35,310 nt of DNA from the NCBI GenBank assembly GCA_963754655.1, contig CAVWGN010000002.1:1-35310 (forward strand). The letters are read 5' to 3'. Of the stretch, positions 9,631 to 19,880 are shown piece after piece. The position numbers and the translations under genes are program-made. The notes below the pieces were generated by a model. The model was not told where the DNA came from. It was given only the letters and a program-made list of their open reading frames with translations, and did no database searches. Every line of letters begins with the position of its first letter. Positions within the stretch are counted from its first letter, which is position 1. This DNA comes from an uncultured Chlamydiae bacterium. GTDB lineage: Bacteria > Chlamydiota > Chlamydiia > Chlamydiales > Parachlamydiaceae.

Positions 9631-9796
9631 CACTAGGATATTCCTATCAATGAATATTCTGGTTCGCGATTCGCGTTTTAATAAAAAGCGCCAATCACGC
9701 ACAGGTGTTAAGGGATTCAAAAATCCCTGATTCCAGGTGAATCATTAGATCTTCTGACTATAAAATCAGATTAAACTACTCAATATTGAGGAAGTC
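9631..9796 (+). promoter_or_regulatory. Structured rpsL-rpsG intercistronic RNA (candidate autoregulatory element)
   Basis: Several consecutive stems: 9632-9663, ~9666-9700, 9711-9728, 9728-9744, and palindrome ctcaatattgag (9779-9790) overlapping the rpsG Shine-Dalgarno. Confidence 0.45.
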
Positions 9797-10270
9797 ATGT
9801 CAAGAAGACACAGTGCAGAAAAACGTCAGATTGATCCCGATCCGCTATACGGGAGTACAGTCTTAGCAAAATTTATTAACAAAGTGATGGAGTGCGGCAA
9901 AAAATCTGTTGCCCGTCGCATTGTTTACAATGCAATTGAGAAATTTGCCAAGCGAGTAAAAGCAGAAAATCCTCTAGAAGCTTTTGAACAAGCTTTAGAG
10001 AATGCAAAACCAGCCTTGGAAGTAAAATCTCGCCGTATTGGAGGGGCCACTTACCAAGTTCCTATGGAAATCCCAGCCAACCGCCGAGCTTCTATGGCGA
10101 TGCGTTGGATTATTACCCATTCACGCGGCAAGGCAGGTCGTTCTATGGAAGATGCTTTGGCTACTGAATTAACTGATTGTTATAACAATCAAGGCACAAC
10201 AATTAAGAAAAAAGACGATACTCACCGAATGGCCGAAGCGAATAAAGCTTACGCCCATTACAAGTGGTAA
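9797..10270 (+). CDS. rpsG: 30S ribosomal protein S7
   Basis: MSRR...DPLYGS, EVKSRRIGGATYQVP, HRMAEANKAYAHYKW. Confidence 0.99.
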   Translation: MSRRHSAEKRQIDPDPLYGSTVLAKFINKVMECGKKSVARRIVYNAIEKFAKRVKAENPLEAFEQALENAKPALEVKSRRIGGATYQVPMEIPANRRASMAMRWIITHSRGKAGRSMEDALATELTDCYNNQGTTIKKKDDTHRMAEANKAYAHYKW

Positions 10271-10285
10271 TAGGGAGGAACCTGA

Positions 10286-12375
10286 ATGGCAAGACCTGCT
10301 AAAGAAAATCTCAACAATGTTCGTAATATTGGAATCATGGCTCACATTGATGCCGGTAAAACGACAACAACTGAGCGTATTCTTTACTATAGTGGGCGTT
10401 CCCACAAAATTGGTGAAGTGCACGAAGGCGCTGCAACAATGGACTGGATGCCGCAAGAACAAGAACGCGGCATTACCATTACTTCAGCTGCCACAACAGT
10501 ATTCTGGAAGGGAGCCAAGATTAACATTATCGATACTCCTGGCCACGTTGACTTTACAATCGAAGTTGAGCGTTCTTTGCGCGTTCTCGATGGTTCAGTG
10601 GCTTTATTCTGTTCAGTCTCCGGTGTAGAGCCTCAGTCTGAAACAGTTTGGCGTCAAGCAGACAAATACGGCGTTCCCCGCATTGCATTTGTCAATAAAA
10701 TGGACCGTATGGGAGCAGACTTCTTTGATGCTATCCAGACAATGCGTGATAAGCTGCATGCCAATGCGATTCCTGTTCAGTGCCCTATTGGCGCAGAAGC
10801 AGACTTTAAAGGCATGGTTGATCTCGTTAAAATGAAAGCTTACCTCTTTCATGATGAGACGTTGGGCGCAGACTGGGATGAAACAGATATTCCAGCTGAC
10901 CTCGTCGAAAAGTGCAAGCAAATGCGCTCAGAATTGCTAGAAGAGCTGGCGACCATTGATGAAGAAAATGAGGCATTCATGCACAAAGTGCTAGAAGATC
11001 CAGATTCTTTGACTGAAGAAGAAATCAATGCAGCAATTCGCAAAGGTGTCTGCCAAAATAAATTCAATCCTGTATTGTGCGGCTCAGCTTTCAAAAACAA
11101 AGGAGTTCAGCAGCTGCTAGATGCAGTTGTTGCTTGGATGCCTTCTCCATTGGATCGTGGAACCATCAAAGCGCACGATCTTGACACAGATGAGGAAATC
11201 ATATTAACACCTGCTGACGATCAGCCGCTGGCTGCTTTAGCGTTCAAAATCATGACAGATCCCTATGTAGGTCGCTTAACCTACATTCGTATTTATAGTG
11301 GAACCCTTGTTAAGGGAACACCGATCCTTAACACGACCAAAGGGGAAGAAGAGCGCGTTTCACGTCTGCTTGAAATGCATGCCAATAAGCGGGAAGAAAG
11401 AGATGAATTCCATACAGGAGATATTGCAGCTTGTATTGGTTTGAAAAAAGCGACAACAGGCGATACGCTTTGCTCTCCTAAACATCCCATCCTTCTGGAA
11501 AAAATGGAATTTCCAGAGCCTGTGATTTCACATGGCTATTGAGCCGAAGTCCAAAGGCGATCGTGAAAAGCTAGCCATGGCCTTATCTGCTCTCTCCATC
11601 GAAGATCCCACTTTCCGCGTTTCATACCAACGAAGAAACAGGACAAACAATTATCGCTGGAATGGGTGAGTTGCATTTGGAAATTTTGCACGACCGCATG
11701 AAACGCGAATTTAACGTTGAAGCCAACGTGGGTAAACCTCAAGTTGCCTACAAAGAGACAATTACCATCCCTGGAGGCAGCCAGACGAAGTTCGTCAAGC
11801 AGTCCGGTGGACGTGGTCAATACGCTCACGTTGAACTTGAAATTCGTCCAAATGAAAAGGGCAAAGGAAATGAAGTTGCCAGCAAGATTGTGGGCGGCGT
11901 CATTCCACGAGAATACATTAATCCGACAATCAAAGGGATTGAAGAGGGCCTTGCAACAGGGGTTCTGGCTGGTTATAATCTAGTTGATGTTCAAGTGGAT
12001 ATCGTTTTCGGATCTTATCATGACGTAGACTCTAGTGAAATGGCGTTTAAGATTTGCGGATCGATGGCGCTCAAAGAAGCTGCTCGCAAATGCAAGCCTG
12101 TGATTCTAGAGCCCATCATGAAAGTTGATGTCACAACACCTGAAGCACACATGGGAGACGTGATCGGTGACCTTAACCGTCGTCGTGGTCAAATTGTGGG
12201 CCAGGAAATGCATAAAGGAGCGGTCATTGTTCATGCTGAAGTTCCTTTAAGCGAAATGTTCGGATATTCGACTTTGCTACGTTCCCTCTCTTCTGGGCGC
12301 GCGACTTATGTCATGGAACCTAGTCACTTTGAACGTGTTCCATCAAAAATTCAAGAAGAAATCATTAAGAAGTAA
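10286..12375 (+). CDS. fusA: Elongation factor G, interrupted by two +1 frameshifts (at ~11527 and ~11621)
   Basis: [50 protein letters not shown]. Removing one T from each of the TTT runs at 11526-28 and 11620-22 gives a single 695 aa frame. Confidence 0.95.
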
Positions 12376-12393
12376 GAGTTTTATAAGGTTATT

Positions 12394-12735
12394 ATGGCAA
12401 AACAAGAAAAACAGCCCAGGACAGCCGCAGCAAGACAAAAAATTCGCATTCGGCTTAAAGGCTATGATCAGCGTTTACTTGATCGTTCAACCGCTGATAT
12501 TGTAGAAACAGCTAAGCGTACAGGAGCTGCCATTGCAGGTCCGATTCCGCTTCCCACAAGTTGCGAAAAATTTACAGTCTTGCGTTCACCCAACATTGAC
12601 CGTAAATCACGCGAGCAATTTGAAATTCGCACCCATCGCCGCTTAATTGATATCTTAAATCCTACCAGCAAAACAATTGATGCGTTAAAAACGCTCACAC
12701 TACCTGCCGGGGTCGATATCAAAATTAAAGCTTAA
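12394..12735 (+). CDS. rpsJ: 30S ribosomal protein S10
   Basis: [44 protein letters not shown]. Confidence 0.99.
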   Translation: MAKQEKQPRTAAARQKIRIRLKGYDQRLLDRSTADIVETAKRTGAAIAGPIPLPTSCEKFTVLRSPNIDRKSREQFEIRTHRRLIDILNPTSKTIDALKTLTLPAGVDIKIKA

Positions 12736-12758
12736 GCTTTATCTAACAGGAATAATAC

Positions 12759-12790
12759 GAGGTCAACCAATAGGTTGACCTCTTTATTTA
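12759..12790 (+). terminator. Intrinsic terminator of the str operon
   Basis: GAGGTCAACC-aata-GGTTGACCTC perfect 10 bp stem followed by TTTATTT. Confidence 0.85.
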
Positions 12791-12829
12791 TCTAAGATAT
12801 TTTATAGCAAATAAAAAGGAAGATTTATA

Positions 12830-13315
12830 ATGGAAATTAATTACGAGAGAGTAAAACAATGCTCAACGTTATTAGGTGGTTTCGCTTATATCTCTGCCGG
12901 AGTCTTACTAGGTAAAAAGATCTAAAAAATAGGATTTAGTCAATTCTATACTCAAGCTGTTCAAAATTTCTGTCTTCAAATCCCATTTCATTTGACGCTA
13001 GGTGGTGTTTTGTGTCTGACAATTTGTGGCATTGCTTCCAAATTCTTTTCTGAAGAAACAGTGGAAAGTGACTGGTTCGTACATGGTGCAGCCTTTTCCT
13101 CAATGACGATCAGTTTTGTGAGTTTTGAATCCCTTGTTCGGGCAGCAGCGGCGGGTCATCAACTCTCAGCTTACCTTATCAGTGCTGTAACAGCTAGCTT
13201 TGCAGGATTTTTAATCGTCGTAGGAATAGGATCAAGTTACGTAGCATGGCAAAGTTTCAATAGCGCTATAGATATAGATGACTTTTGGCACAGAAAAATT
13301 GATCAAAAAATCTAG
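12830..13315 (+). pseudogene. Multi-pass membrane protein gene with an in-frame TAA at codon 32
   Basis: AAGGA RBS, then ATG 12830: MEINYERVKQCSTLLGGFAYISAGVLLGKKI*KIGFSQ... continuing in frame into the 12992-13315 ORF; about four hydrophobic segments. Confidence 0.65.
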
Positions 13316-13587
13316 AAACCATAAATGAAAATCGCCATTAGTCACTGTGTGCCTCAAAAGTTTGCTTACATTCATTATTTCTAATTTTAACTCGAACAAC
13401 CAACCCATTGACAATAGAGTTTGAGCTGGCTAGCTCCTTTTTCGTAATAAAATGTTATTTAATAAATAGCACGAAATTAGGGCACATATGGAAATTAATG
13501 ATGATAAATTAAAAAGGAATTGGGTGGGCATATGCGTAAAGTTAGTGTTGTACGTGCCGCTCTTCAAAACTTGTTCAAAGATCATCA

Positions 13588-14703
13588 TCATGAGTACAAG
13601 TCATAAATATCATTGAATGCATACAAGTCATTAGTGTTATGGCTTGGAGAAGACAATTGGGCAAAAATCATCTCTAGCTCTTTTGCAAAAACTTCTTTAT
13701 CTTGCAAAGATTGAGTAGGCTTAGAGAGAATCAAATTCAATCGCCCTTGCAAAGTTGTGACAACCAAGCAAAATAAATCATACAAAGGTTGACCGATGTC
13801 TTGTGGAGAAGCTTCTGGTAAATGCTTCCAAGCATCAAAATCAATCATTTTGATGACATGATCTGGAGTCACAATAAAATTACCATTATTGGCATCACCA
13901 GGGATAATTTTGCACTCATAAAGGCGAATAAAGGCATTTTTTAACTGAGCGACCAAATTTAAAACTTCAGATTCAGAAAACTCGTTCAATTTATTGAGAT
14001 TTTTTCCTTCAATATATTCCATAATTAAGTAAGGTTTTGAGCTCTTCCCTTGCTTTTTTTCTTTTACAATCACGCCATGAACTTGCATAAAATTGGGATG
14101 ATTTCCAATCTTTAAAGCAATCTCCAGATTGTTGCGATAATAGTTCATTGCAGCTTGATCATCTTTTTTCTCTTGGCCGGATAAACGAGCAAATAAATTA
14201 CCTAAGCCCTTGGGACATTTAATAGCAAACCATCGCTCTTTTACAAGATCATTGGCAAAACGGACAAATTTGACGCGTCCTGATAAACCTGATTGCGGTT
14301 CTCGTAATGTTTTGACAGCAAATTTCCCTGAAATTTTTTGAATTGTTCGATCCAACTCCAAACAATCACGCAAGGGTGTCTTAATATCTGCTAGACTTGG
14401 ACATAAAGAATAGAGATTAACTTGATCAGAAGAAACTAAACTTTCTCTTAATTTTTGACATTCTGCGTTAAACTGTTTGCGAAAAATCTCTGCTTCTTGT
14501 GTATCCCCCTTTTGCTCTTTGACAGCAGAGTTTACCAAATGAGAAGTCGCAAACGGAAAAGTCGAAGGAAATAAAGACGCACCTGAAAAAGTCGCGAGAT
14601 GAGTTGCCTGATACTCATGAAGTCTTTGAGCAGCAGCAGGATCAATCTGGTAATCATTTGAATAATTTGATCCTAAACTAGGGGGTGCTGAACTAGAATG
14701 CAT
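13588..14703 (-). CDS. Ser/Thr protein kinase-like protein (candidate type III effector)
   Basis: Gly loop SGLSGRV, FAIK lysine, IMEYIEG hinge, catalytic loop PGDANNGN, MIDFD; Ser/Pro-rich N-terminus without signal peptide. Confidence 0.82.
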   Translation of the reverse strand: MHSSSAPPSLGSNYSNDYQIDPAAAQRLHEYQATHLATFSGASLFPSTFPFATSHLVNSAVKEQKGDTQEAEIFRKQFNAECQKLRESLVSSDQVNLYSLCPSLADIKTPLRDCLELDRTIQKISGKFAVKTLREPQSGLSGRVKFVRFANDLVKERWFAIKCPKGLGNLFARLSGQEKKDDQAAMNYYRNNLEIALKIGNHPNFMQVHGVIVKEKKQGKSSKPYLIMEYIEGKNLNKLNEFSESEVLNLVAQLKNAFIRLYECKIIPGDANNGNFIVTPDHVIKMIDFDAWKHLPEASPQDIGQPLYDLFCLVVTTLQGRLNLILSKPTQSLQDKEVFAKELEMIFAQLSSPSHNTNDLYAFNDIYDLYS

Positions 14704-15183
14704 AATTCGCCTTCATAGAGAGTTAATTTTTAAATTTAATTATATATTTTTTCAATTAATAAGCTAGTTATTTTTTAACTAACATCGCCCTAGTATTATT
14801 AATAATCATTTTAAATACTCAATAAATTTTAAAGCGGATAAAAAAACTATGATGCAACCAATCACCTCTCATTTAACCAAAACTGAAAAATCTCCTGAGT
14901 GCTTATCGCATGCATACAGATGCTTTTCCTGAGCACATTTCATTTGATAGGACAATTGAAAAATTTATGGCTTATTAATTAGTGACTCATGTTTATCCTT
15001 CAATGACGACTCACCACTTTTTTCAAAGGTGTTTGCAAATCAATGGTTTTGTTCGCAATTTATCTTTTAAGTGCTATCTGATAAGTCTTTCATCTCCAAT
15101 AGTCACCAAATAAGAACTATAGCAAAATTCAATATTCTGTTAGCATTTGAAATAAATTAACGACTTACTATCAGAGCAGGCCT

Positions 15184-16191
15184 ATGAGAAAGGATCACCA
15201 TTTTCCTAAAACTTCTGTTTTGCACTTTTTCCATCATCTTATCCTATGGATTGTGCTGGCCAGCTTATTGACCGGCTGCGAATCAAGGCGAATCATCGTC
15301 AATGGATTAGATGAAAAAGAAGCTAATGAAATTCTTGTCTTTTTATCGAATAAAGGCATTAATGCCAATAAAGTTCAAGCAATTAACGAAGCAGCCGGTG
15401 GTGGCAGCGGAAAAGCCGTCTTATGGAATATTAGCGTAGAATCCTCGCAGGCTAATGAAGCAATGGCTCTTCTCAATCAAGTGGGCTTACCGCGTCGCCG
15501 AGGGCAAAATCTATTAGGCATTTTTTCTAACGTTGGGCTCGTCCCATCAGGAATGCAGGAGAAAATCCGGTATCAGGCAGGCCTTGCCGAACAAATTGCC
15601 AGTACGATCCGTAAAATTGATGGTGTGCTAGATGCCGATGTTCAAATTTCTTTTCCAGATGAAGACCCTCTTAATCCAGGGTCTTATAAACAAAAAATTA
15701 CCGCTTCTGTTTATATCAAGCATTCAGGTGTATTAGATGATCCAAACGCTCATCTCATTACGCGTATTAAGCGGCTAGTAGCAGGAAGTGTGCCTGGACT
15801 TGAATATGATAATGTCACGGTGATTGGCGATCGCGCGCGATTTAGTGAAGCCCCTCTTGGAGGATTCCAAGGCAGTTTAAATGAGGAAGAGCGCCCCTAT
15901 GTCAATGTCTGGTCGCTCATCATCGCCAAAAATTCTCTTTCTCGCTTTCGTCTAATCTTCTTTTCTTTTACGATTACGCTTTTGATTTTGCTCTTGGCCC
16001 TGATTTGGATTTTATGGAAACTCCTGCCTCTTATTCGCAAAGCAGGGGGAATGAAAAAATTATTCTCCCTTCAACAGCTTGAGGTGAACCAGCTAGCTGA
16101 ATCAGAAGCTACTAAACGAGAAGAACAGAAGGAAGAGGCTGCGAAGGCTAAAAAAGAGGAAGAATCGGAAGAGCAAGGTGGAGTTACATAA
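15184..16191 (+). CDS. sctJ: Type III secretion inner-ring lipoprotein
   Basis: Lipobox LTGC, GLDEKEANEILVFL, IRKIDGVLDADVQISFP, ITASVYIKH, C-terminal TM. Confidence 0.95.
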   Translation: MRKDHHFPKTSVLHFFHHLILWIVLASLLTGCESRRIIVNGLDEKEANEILVFLSNKGINANKVQAINEAAGGGSGKAVLWNISVESSQANEAMALLNQVGLPRRRGQNLLGIFSNVGLVPSGMQEKIRYQAGLAEQIASTIRKIDGVLDADVQISFPDEDPLNPGSYKQKITASVYIKHSGVLDDPNAHLITRIKRLVAGSVPGLEYDNVTVIGDRARFSEAPLGGFQGSLNEEERPYVNVWSLIIAKNSLSRFRLIFFSFTITLLILLLALIWILWKLLPLIRKAGGMKKLFSLQQLEVNQLAESEATKREEQKEEAAKAKKEEESEEQGGVT

Positions 16192-16208
16192 AGATTTTCT
16201 GACAAGGT

Positions 16209-17054
16209 ATGCTCATGGATAAAAGAGGCTTGATGATGCTGCGAGTATTGATTAATCGTTTTAATCCCAAAGCAGGCAACTCTCTTTTAAAATTTTTTTC
16301 TCCGGAAGAAGCCCAGGCAGTCATGAATCAAGATATCCGCTCAACCGATCTTGCGCCAATCCTTCAACAGCCGCAAAAATCTCTTTCAAGAATCCATTAT
16401 TCTTGGATTGAGCCACTACTAAATAAATTTCCCAAACCCCTACATCCTACTGTGAGGGCGGCTTTGACAGCTGAACAAATTATGGGTTTGAAAATCTCTG
16501 CCCCCATCTCCATTTCTCATCTTGCGAAGACTTTCATCCTCAATCAACTCTATCAGCATTTACAAATCAGCGAACATTTTCCCATTGAATATTTGCCAGA
16601 AACAGAACTTTCTCCCTTATCCAAATGGACTAAAGCAAAGCTCATGAACTTAATTGATTTTTTAGGTCTCTATGATTTGGCTTCGGAAGTTCGCCACATT
16701 GTCAATCGCAATTACCTAAAAAATATTTATACCTGCCTCACGCCTAAACAATTTTATTATTTAAAAGTGTGCTTGCATCAAAAAGAACAACTTGTTTCAC
16801 CTAAATTGGGAATTGATCCCACGAAGCAAGATTGTCCTAAGTTAAAACAAATCATTCACCGACGCGGTTTGCTGCGCTTGGGCAAAGCTCTTTGTGGACA
16901 GCATCCAGATCTAGTCTGGCATATCGCTCACACTTTGGATATAGGGAGAGGAAATATTTTATTAAAAGAATATCAACAAGTAGAAGTGCCAAAAGTCACA
17001 AAGATATTGAAGCAGCAAATTTTAAATTTAATTAATTTTCTAGAGAATGCCTGA
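16209..17054 (+). CDS. Conserved chlamydial T3SS operon protein (CT560-like, SctK position)
   Basis: Lies between sctJ and sctL in the chlamydial order; assignment mainly by synteny. Confidence 0.7.
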   Translation: MLMDKRGLMMLRVLINRFNPKAGNSLLKFFSPEEAQAVMNQDIRSTDLAPILQQPQKSLSRIHYSWIEPLLNKFPKPLHPTVRAALTAEQIMGLKISAPISISHLAKTFILNQLYQHLQISEHFPIEYLPETELSPLSKWTKAKLMNLIDFLGLYDLASEVRHIVNRNYLKNIYTCLTPKQFYYLKVCLHQKEQLVSPKLGIDPTKQDCPKLKQIIHRRGLLRLGKALCGQHPDLVWHIAHTLDIGRGNILLKEYQQVEVPKVTKILKQQILNLINFLENA

Positions 17055-17077
17055 TAATAGCATAAAGCGAGTAGGTT

Positions 17078-17731
17078 GTGAGCAAAAAATTTTTTACGTT
17101 GATTCATGGAGACCGCATTCATGCTGCTCCCAAAAACAAAATTATTCCTGCCGATGAAATGGCTACTTTACAGGCAGCCTCAGAAGTTTTAGAGCTGATC
17201 AAGCAAGATGCACAAAAATACCGGTTACAGGTAGCCAAAGAAGGTGAAGAGGTCAAAGAACATGCCTTCAAAGAAGGTTATGAAGAGGGCTTCAAACAGT
17301 GGGCAGAACATCTGGCTAAATTTGAAAAGCAGTTAGAAGCCTTGCACAAGGAAATGCAGCAAGCCATTATTCCTATTGCCCTTAAAGCCGCAAAAAAAAT
17401 TGTCGGACGCGAAATTGAGCTTTCAGAAAACACTATCGTTGATATTGTAGCTTCTAATCTTAAAGCCGTGATCCAACATAAAAAAATTACTATCTATGTC
17501 AATAAGAAACAACTCGATATCTTGGAAAAAAATAAACCTCGATTACGCGAATTATTTGAACATTTAGAAAGTTTATCCATTCGCTCGCGCGATGATATAG
17601 CCCCAGAGGGATGTATCATCGAAACAGAAATTGGAATTATCAACGCTCAAATGGAACATCGTTGGCGTGCGTTAGAAAAGGCCTTTGAGGCCCTGATCAA
17701 AACATCTCCTGAGACCTTAAAAGGAAGTTAG
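17078..17731 (+). CDS. sctL: Type III secretion stator protein
   Basis: FliH/YscL pattern AFKEGYEEG and GCIIETEIGIINAQ; GTG start. Confidence 0.92.
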   Translation: MSKKFFTLIHGDRIHAAPKNKIIPADEMATLQAASEVLELIKQDAQKYRLQVAKEGEEVKEHAFKEGYEEGFKQWAEHLAKFEKQLEALHKEMQQAIIPIALKAAKKIVGREIELSENTIVDIVASNLKAVIQHKKITIYVNKKQLDILEKNKPRLRELFEHLESLSIRSRDDIAPEGCIIETEIGIINAQMEHRWRALEKAFEALIKTSPETLKGS

Positions 17732-17736
17732 GCATT

Positions 17737-18666
17737 ATGCATGTGTTACGCTTTTTGTCTTTTAAATCTCTAATAGGGGCCTTAATCATCTTAATCATTT
17801 TGGGATTTGCTCCCGAGACATTGCATTCTCAAACTACAACGTCAAGTTCAAGTTCTCCAACTGGAACTAGTAAATCAGCTGGGGGACGTTCCACGACCAG
17901 TTTGCCTGCTCAGGGATCCAAGGCAACTGCTAAGCCAACAACTGCAAATCCTGCAACACCACCCCAAACAACAGGAACAGAGTTAGCAACTCTTAAACGT
18001 CCCTCTTTGGTTACGCAAGCTGTTTTGTTATCGCTCTTATCGCTTTTGCCTTTTATCATCATGATTTTGACCTCCTTTCTCAAAATTGTCGTGGTCCTAT
18101 CTCTTTTGCGTTCAGCGTTGGGCGTTCAACAAGCTCCTCCAAACCAGGTCATCAATGGTGTGGCATTTTTACTTAGTTTATTTATTATGTATCCAACAGG
18201 TGTGAAGATGTATCAAGCAGCCCAAAGCACAATCAATCAACAAGCAATTCCTGATTCTATTTTATCGCCTGACTCCTCTACATATGTGATTGAAGTTGCT
18301 GCTGCTGCCAGTGAACCTCTAAGAGAGTTTCTTAAGCGTAATAGCTCAGGACGCCACCAAGCGTTGTTTTATCGCTTGGTTTACCGCGGCTTGTCTGAAG
18401 ATTTTCGCACCACTTTGAAACCCGATGATTTTATTGTCCTCGTTCCTTCTTATATTACAGGCCAGTTGAAAGATGCCTTTGAAATTGGCGTATTGATTTA
18501 TATCCCCTTCTTTGTCATCGATCTTGTCACTTCCAATATTCTATTGGCCATGGGGATGATGATGCTGTCGCCCGTCACCATTTCAATGCCATTGAAACTC
18601 TTTTTACTTGTCATGCTGGATGGTTGGACAATTTTGATTGAGGGACTTGTTAAAACCTTCCAATAA
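17737..18666 (+). CDS. sctR: Type III secretion export apparatus protein R
   Basis: TSFLKIVVVLSLLRSALGVQQAPPNQV, AFEIG, ILLAMGMMMLSPVTISMPLKLFL; N-terminal signal plus Ser/Thr/Pro linker. Confidence 0.96.
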   Translation: MHVLRFLSFKSLIGALIILIILGFAPETLHSQTTTSSSSSPTGTSKSAGGRSTTSLPAQGSKATAKPTTANPATPPQTTGTELATLKRPSLVTQAVLLSLLSLLPFIIMILTSFLKIVVVLSLLRSALGVQQAPPNQVINGVAFLLSLFIMYPTGVKMYQAAQSTINQQAIPDSILSPDSSTYVIEVAAAASEPLREFLKRNSSGRHQALFYRLVYRGLSEDFRTTLKPDDFIVLVPSYITGQLKDAFEIGVLIYIPFFVIDLVTSNILLAMGMMMLSPVTISMPLKLFLLVMLDGWTILIEGLVKTFQ

Positions 18667-18678
18667 GGGAGATTGTCC

Positions 18679-18957
18679 ATGTTTCAAACCCAAGTGATTC
18701 AGCTTGCTTATCAGGGGATGCTATTGATTTTGATTTTGTCTGCTCCTCCCATTTTAGTAAGTATGTTTTTTGGAATTATTGTCGCCATTTTCCAAGCTGC
18801 TACGCAAATTCAAGAGCAAACCCTCTCGTTTACGATTAAGCTTGTAGCAGTCACTCTAACCTTAATGCTTTTGGGAGGGTGGCTAGGAGCACAAATTATG
18901 TCCTTTGCCAATGATATTTTTGTCAATTTCCCTCAATGGACCATTTTAAGTAAATAA
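18679..18957 (+). CDS. sctS: Type III secretion export apparatus protein S
   Basis: FQAATQIQEQTLSFTIKL motif; GGGAG RBS before ATG 18679. Confidence 0.96.
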   Translation: MFQTQVIQLAYQGMLLILILSAPPILVSMFFGIIVAIFQAATQIQEQTLSFTIKLVAVTLTLMLLGGWLGAQIMSFANDIFVNFPQWTILSK

Positions 18958-18973
18958 TAAAGGTCAATTCAAC

Positions 18974-19819
18974 ATGACAGGGGATTATGTATCGCTATAC
19001 ATTAACACAGCTTTTGCTCAAAATGACTTTTTACCCTTTTTATCCCTGATGTTTCTTTTCATGGGAAGAATGCTTCCCATTATTGCCTTAGTTCCTTTTT
19101 TTGGAGGTCGTGTCTTACCACGCCCTGTAAAAGTCACTTTTGCCATTTCTTTATTTGCCATTTTTCTTCCTCAACTTATGACAGAAACAAAAACTCCCCT
19201 GCTCTTTAACCTCGACCTAGTCTTATATCTGATCAAAGAAATCTTTGTTGGGTTACTGCTTGGTTTTTTTCTGAGTATTCCTTTCGTCATTGTGCAAAAT
19301 ACAGGGATTTTGATCGATCACCAACGCGGAGGCTCAAGCCTCATGGTCAATGACCCTACGATGCAAAATCAATCTTCGCCTTTAGGAACGATCTTTAACT
19401 ATGTCCTCATCTATCTTTTTTTTATGATCGATGGTCCTTTCATTGTGTTGGATATTATTTCTCAATCTTATACGATTCTTCCGCCCGATAAAATGTTAAA
19501 TTCAGCCCTATTTAGCTCTGATTCACAAATTGTGCAATACACAATAGGACTTCTTGGAAATGTCATGATTCTCAGCACACAGCTGGCCGCGCCTGCGCTC
19601 ATCATGATTCTCATGACCGACTTCTTTTTAGGCATTGCCAATCGCTTAGCTCCCCAAGTGCAAATTACTTTCCTTGGCATGCCGCTTAAATCTTTGCTCG
19701 CCTTAACCATCGTCTTCTTTGGCTGGACCTTATTTACAAAAGAAATTGTCAGTCAAGGCTACAAATCCCTGAATTTTATTACTTTTCTCATTCAACAGTT
19801 TCAACCCGCAGCTTCCTAA
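18974..19819 (+). CDS. sctT: Type III secretion export apparatus protein T
   Basis: KEIFVG, GILIDHQRG, LGIANRLAPQVQITFLGMPLK; polytopic membrane protein. Confidence 0.95.
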   Translation: MTGDYVSLYINTAFAQNDFLPFLSLMFLFMGRMLPIIALVPFFGGRVLPRPVKVTFAISLFAIFLPQLMTETKTPLLFNLDLVLYLIKEIFVGLLLGFFLSIPFVIVQNTGILIDHQRGGSSLMVNDPTMQNQSSPLGTIFNYVLIYLFFMIDGPFIVLDIISQSYTILPPDKMLNSALFSSDSQIVQYTIGLLGNVMILSTQLAAPALIMILMTDFFLGIANRLAPQVQITFLGMPLKSLLALTIVFFGWTLFTKEIVSQGYKSLNFITFLIQQFQPAAS

Positions 19820-19880
19820 AAAATTTTAGTGACGCTTTTAAACTATGTAGAGCTCAATGGCTAGCATTTTGCAAACAAGC

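Noticed and set aside
11520..11630. Programmed ribosomal frameshifting in fusA
   Set aside because: No slippery heptamer or stimulatory structure seen, and two successive shifts would be needed; sequencing error is simpler.
12376..12393. No tuf between fusA and rpsJ, and rpsJ detached from the S10 operon
   Set aside because: This order is the known arrangement in Chlamydiae, so not novel.
13488..13499. ATGGAAATTAAT repeated from 12830
   Set aside because: A 12 bp AT-rich match with no further similarity; probably chance.
17737..18000. Signal peptide and Ser/Thr/Pro-rich extension on SctR
   Set aside because: Extended N-termini are expected in chlamydial SctR and FliP-like proteins; not treated as new.
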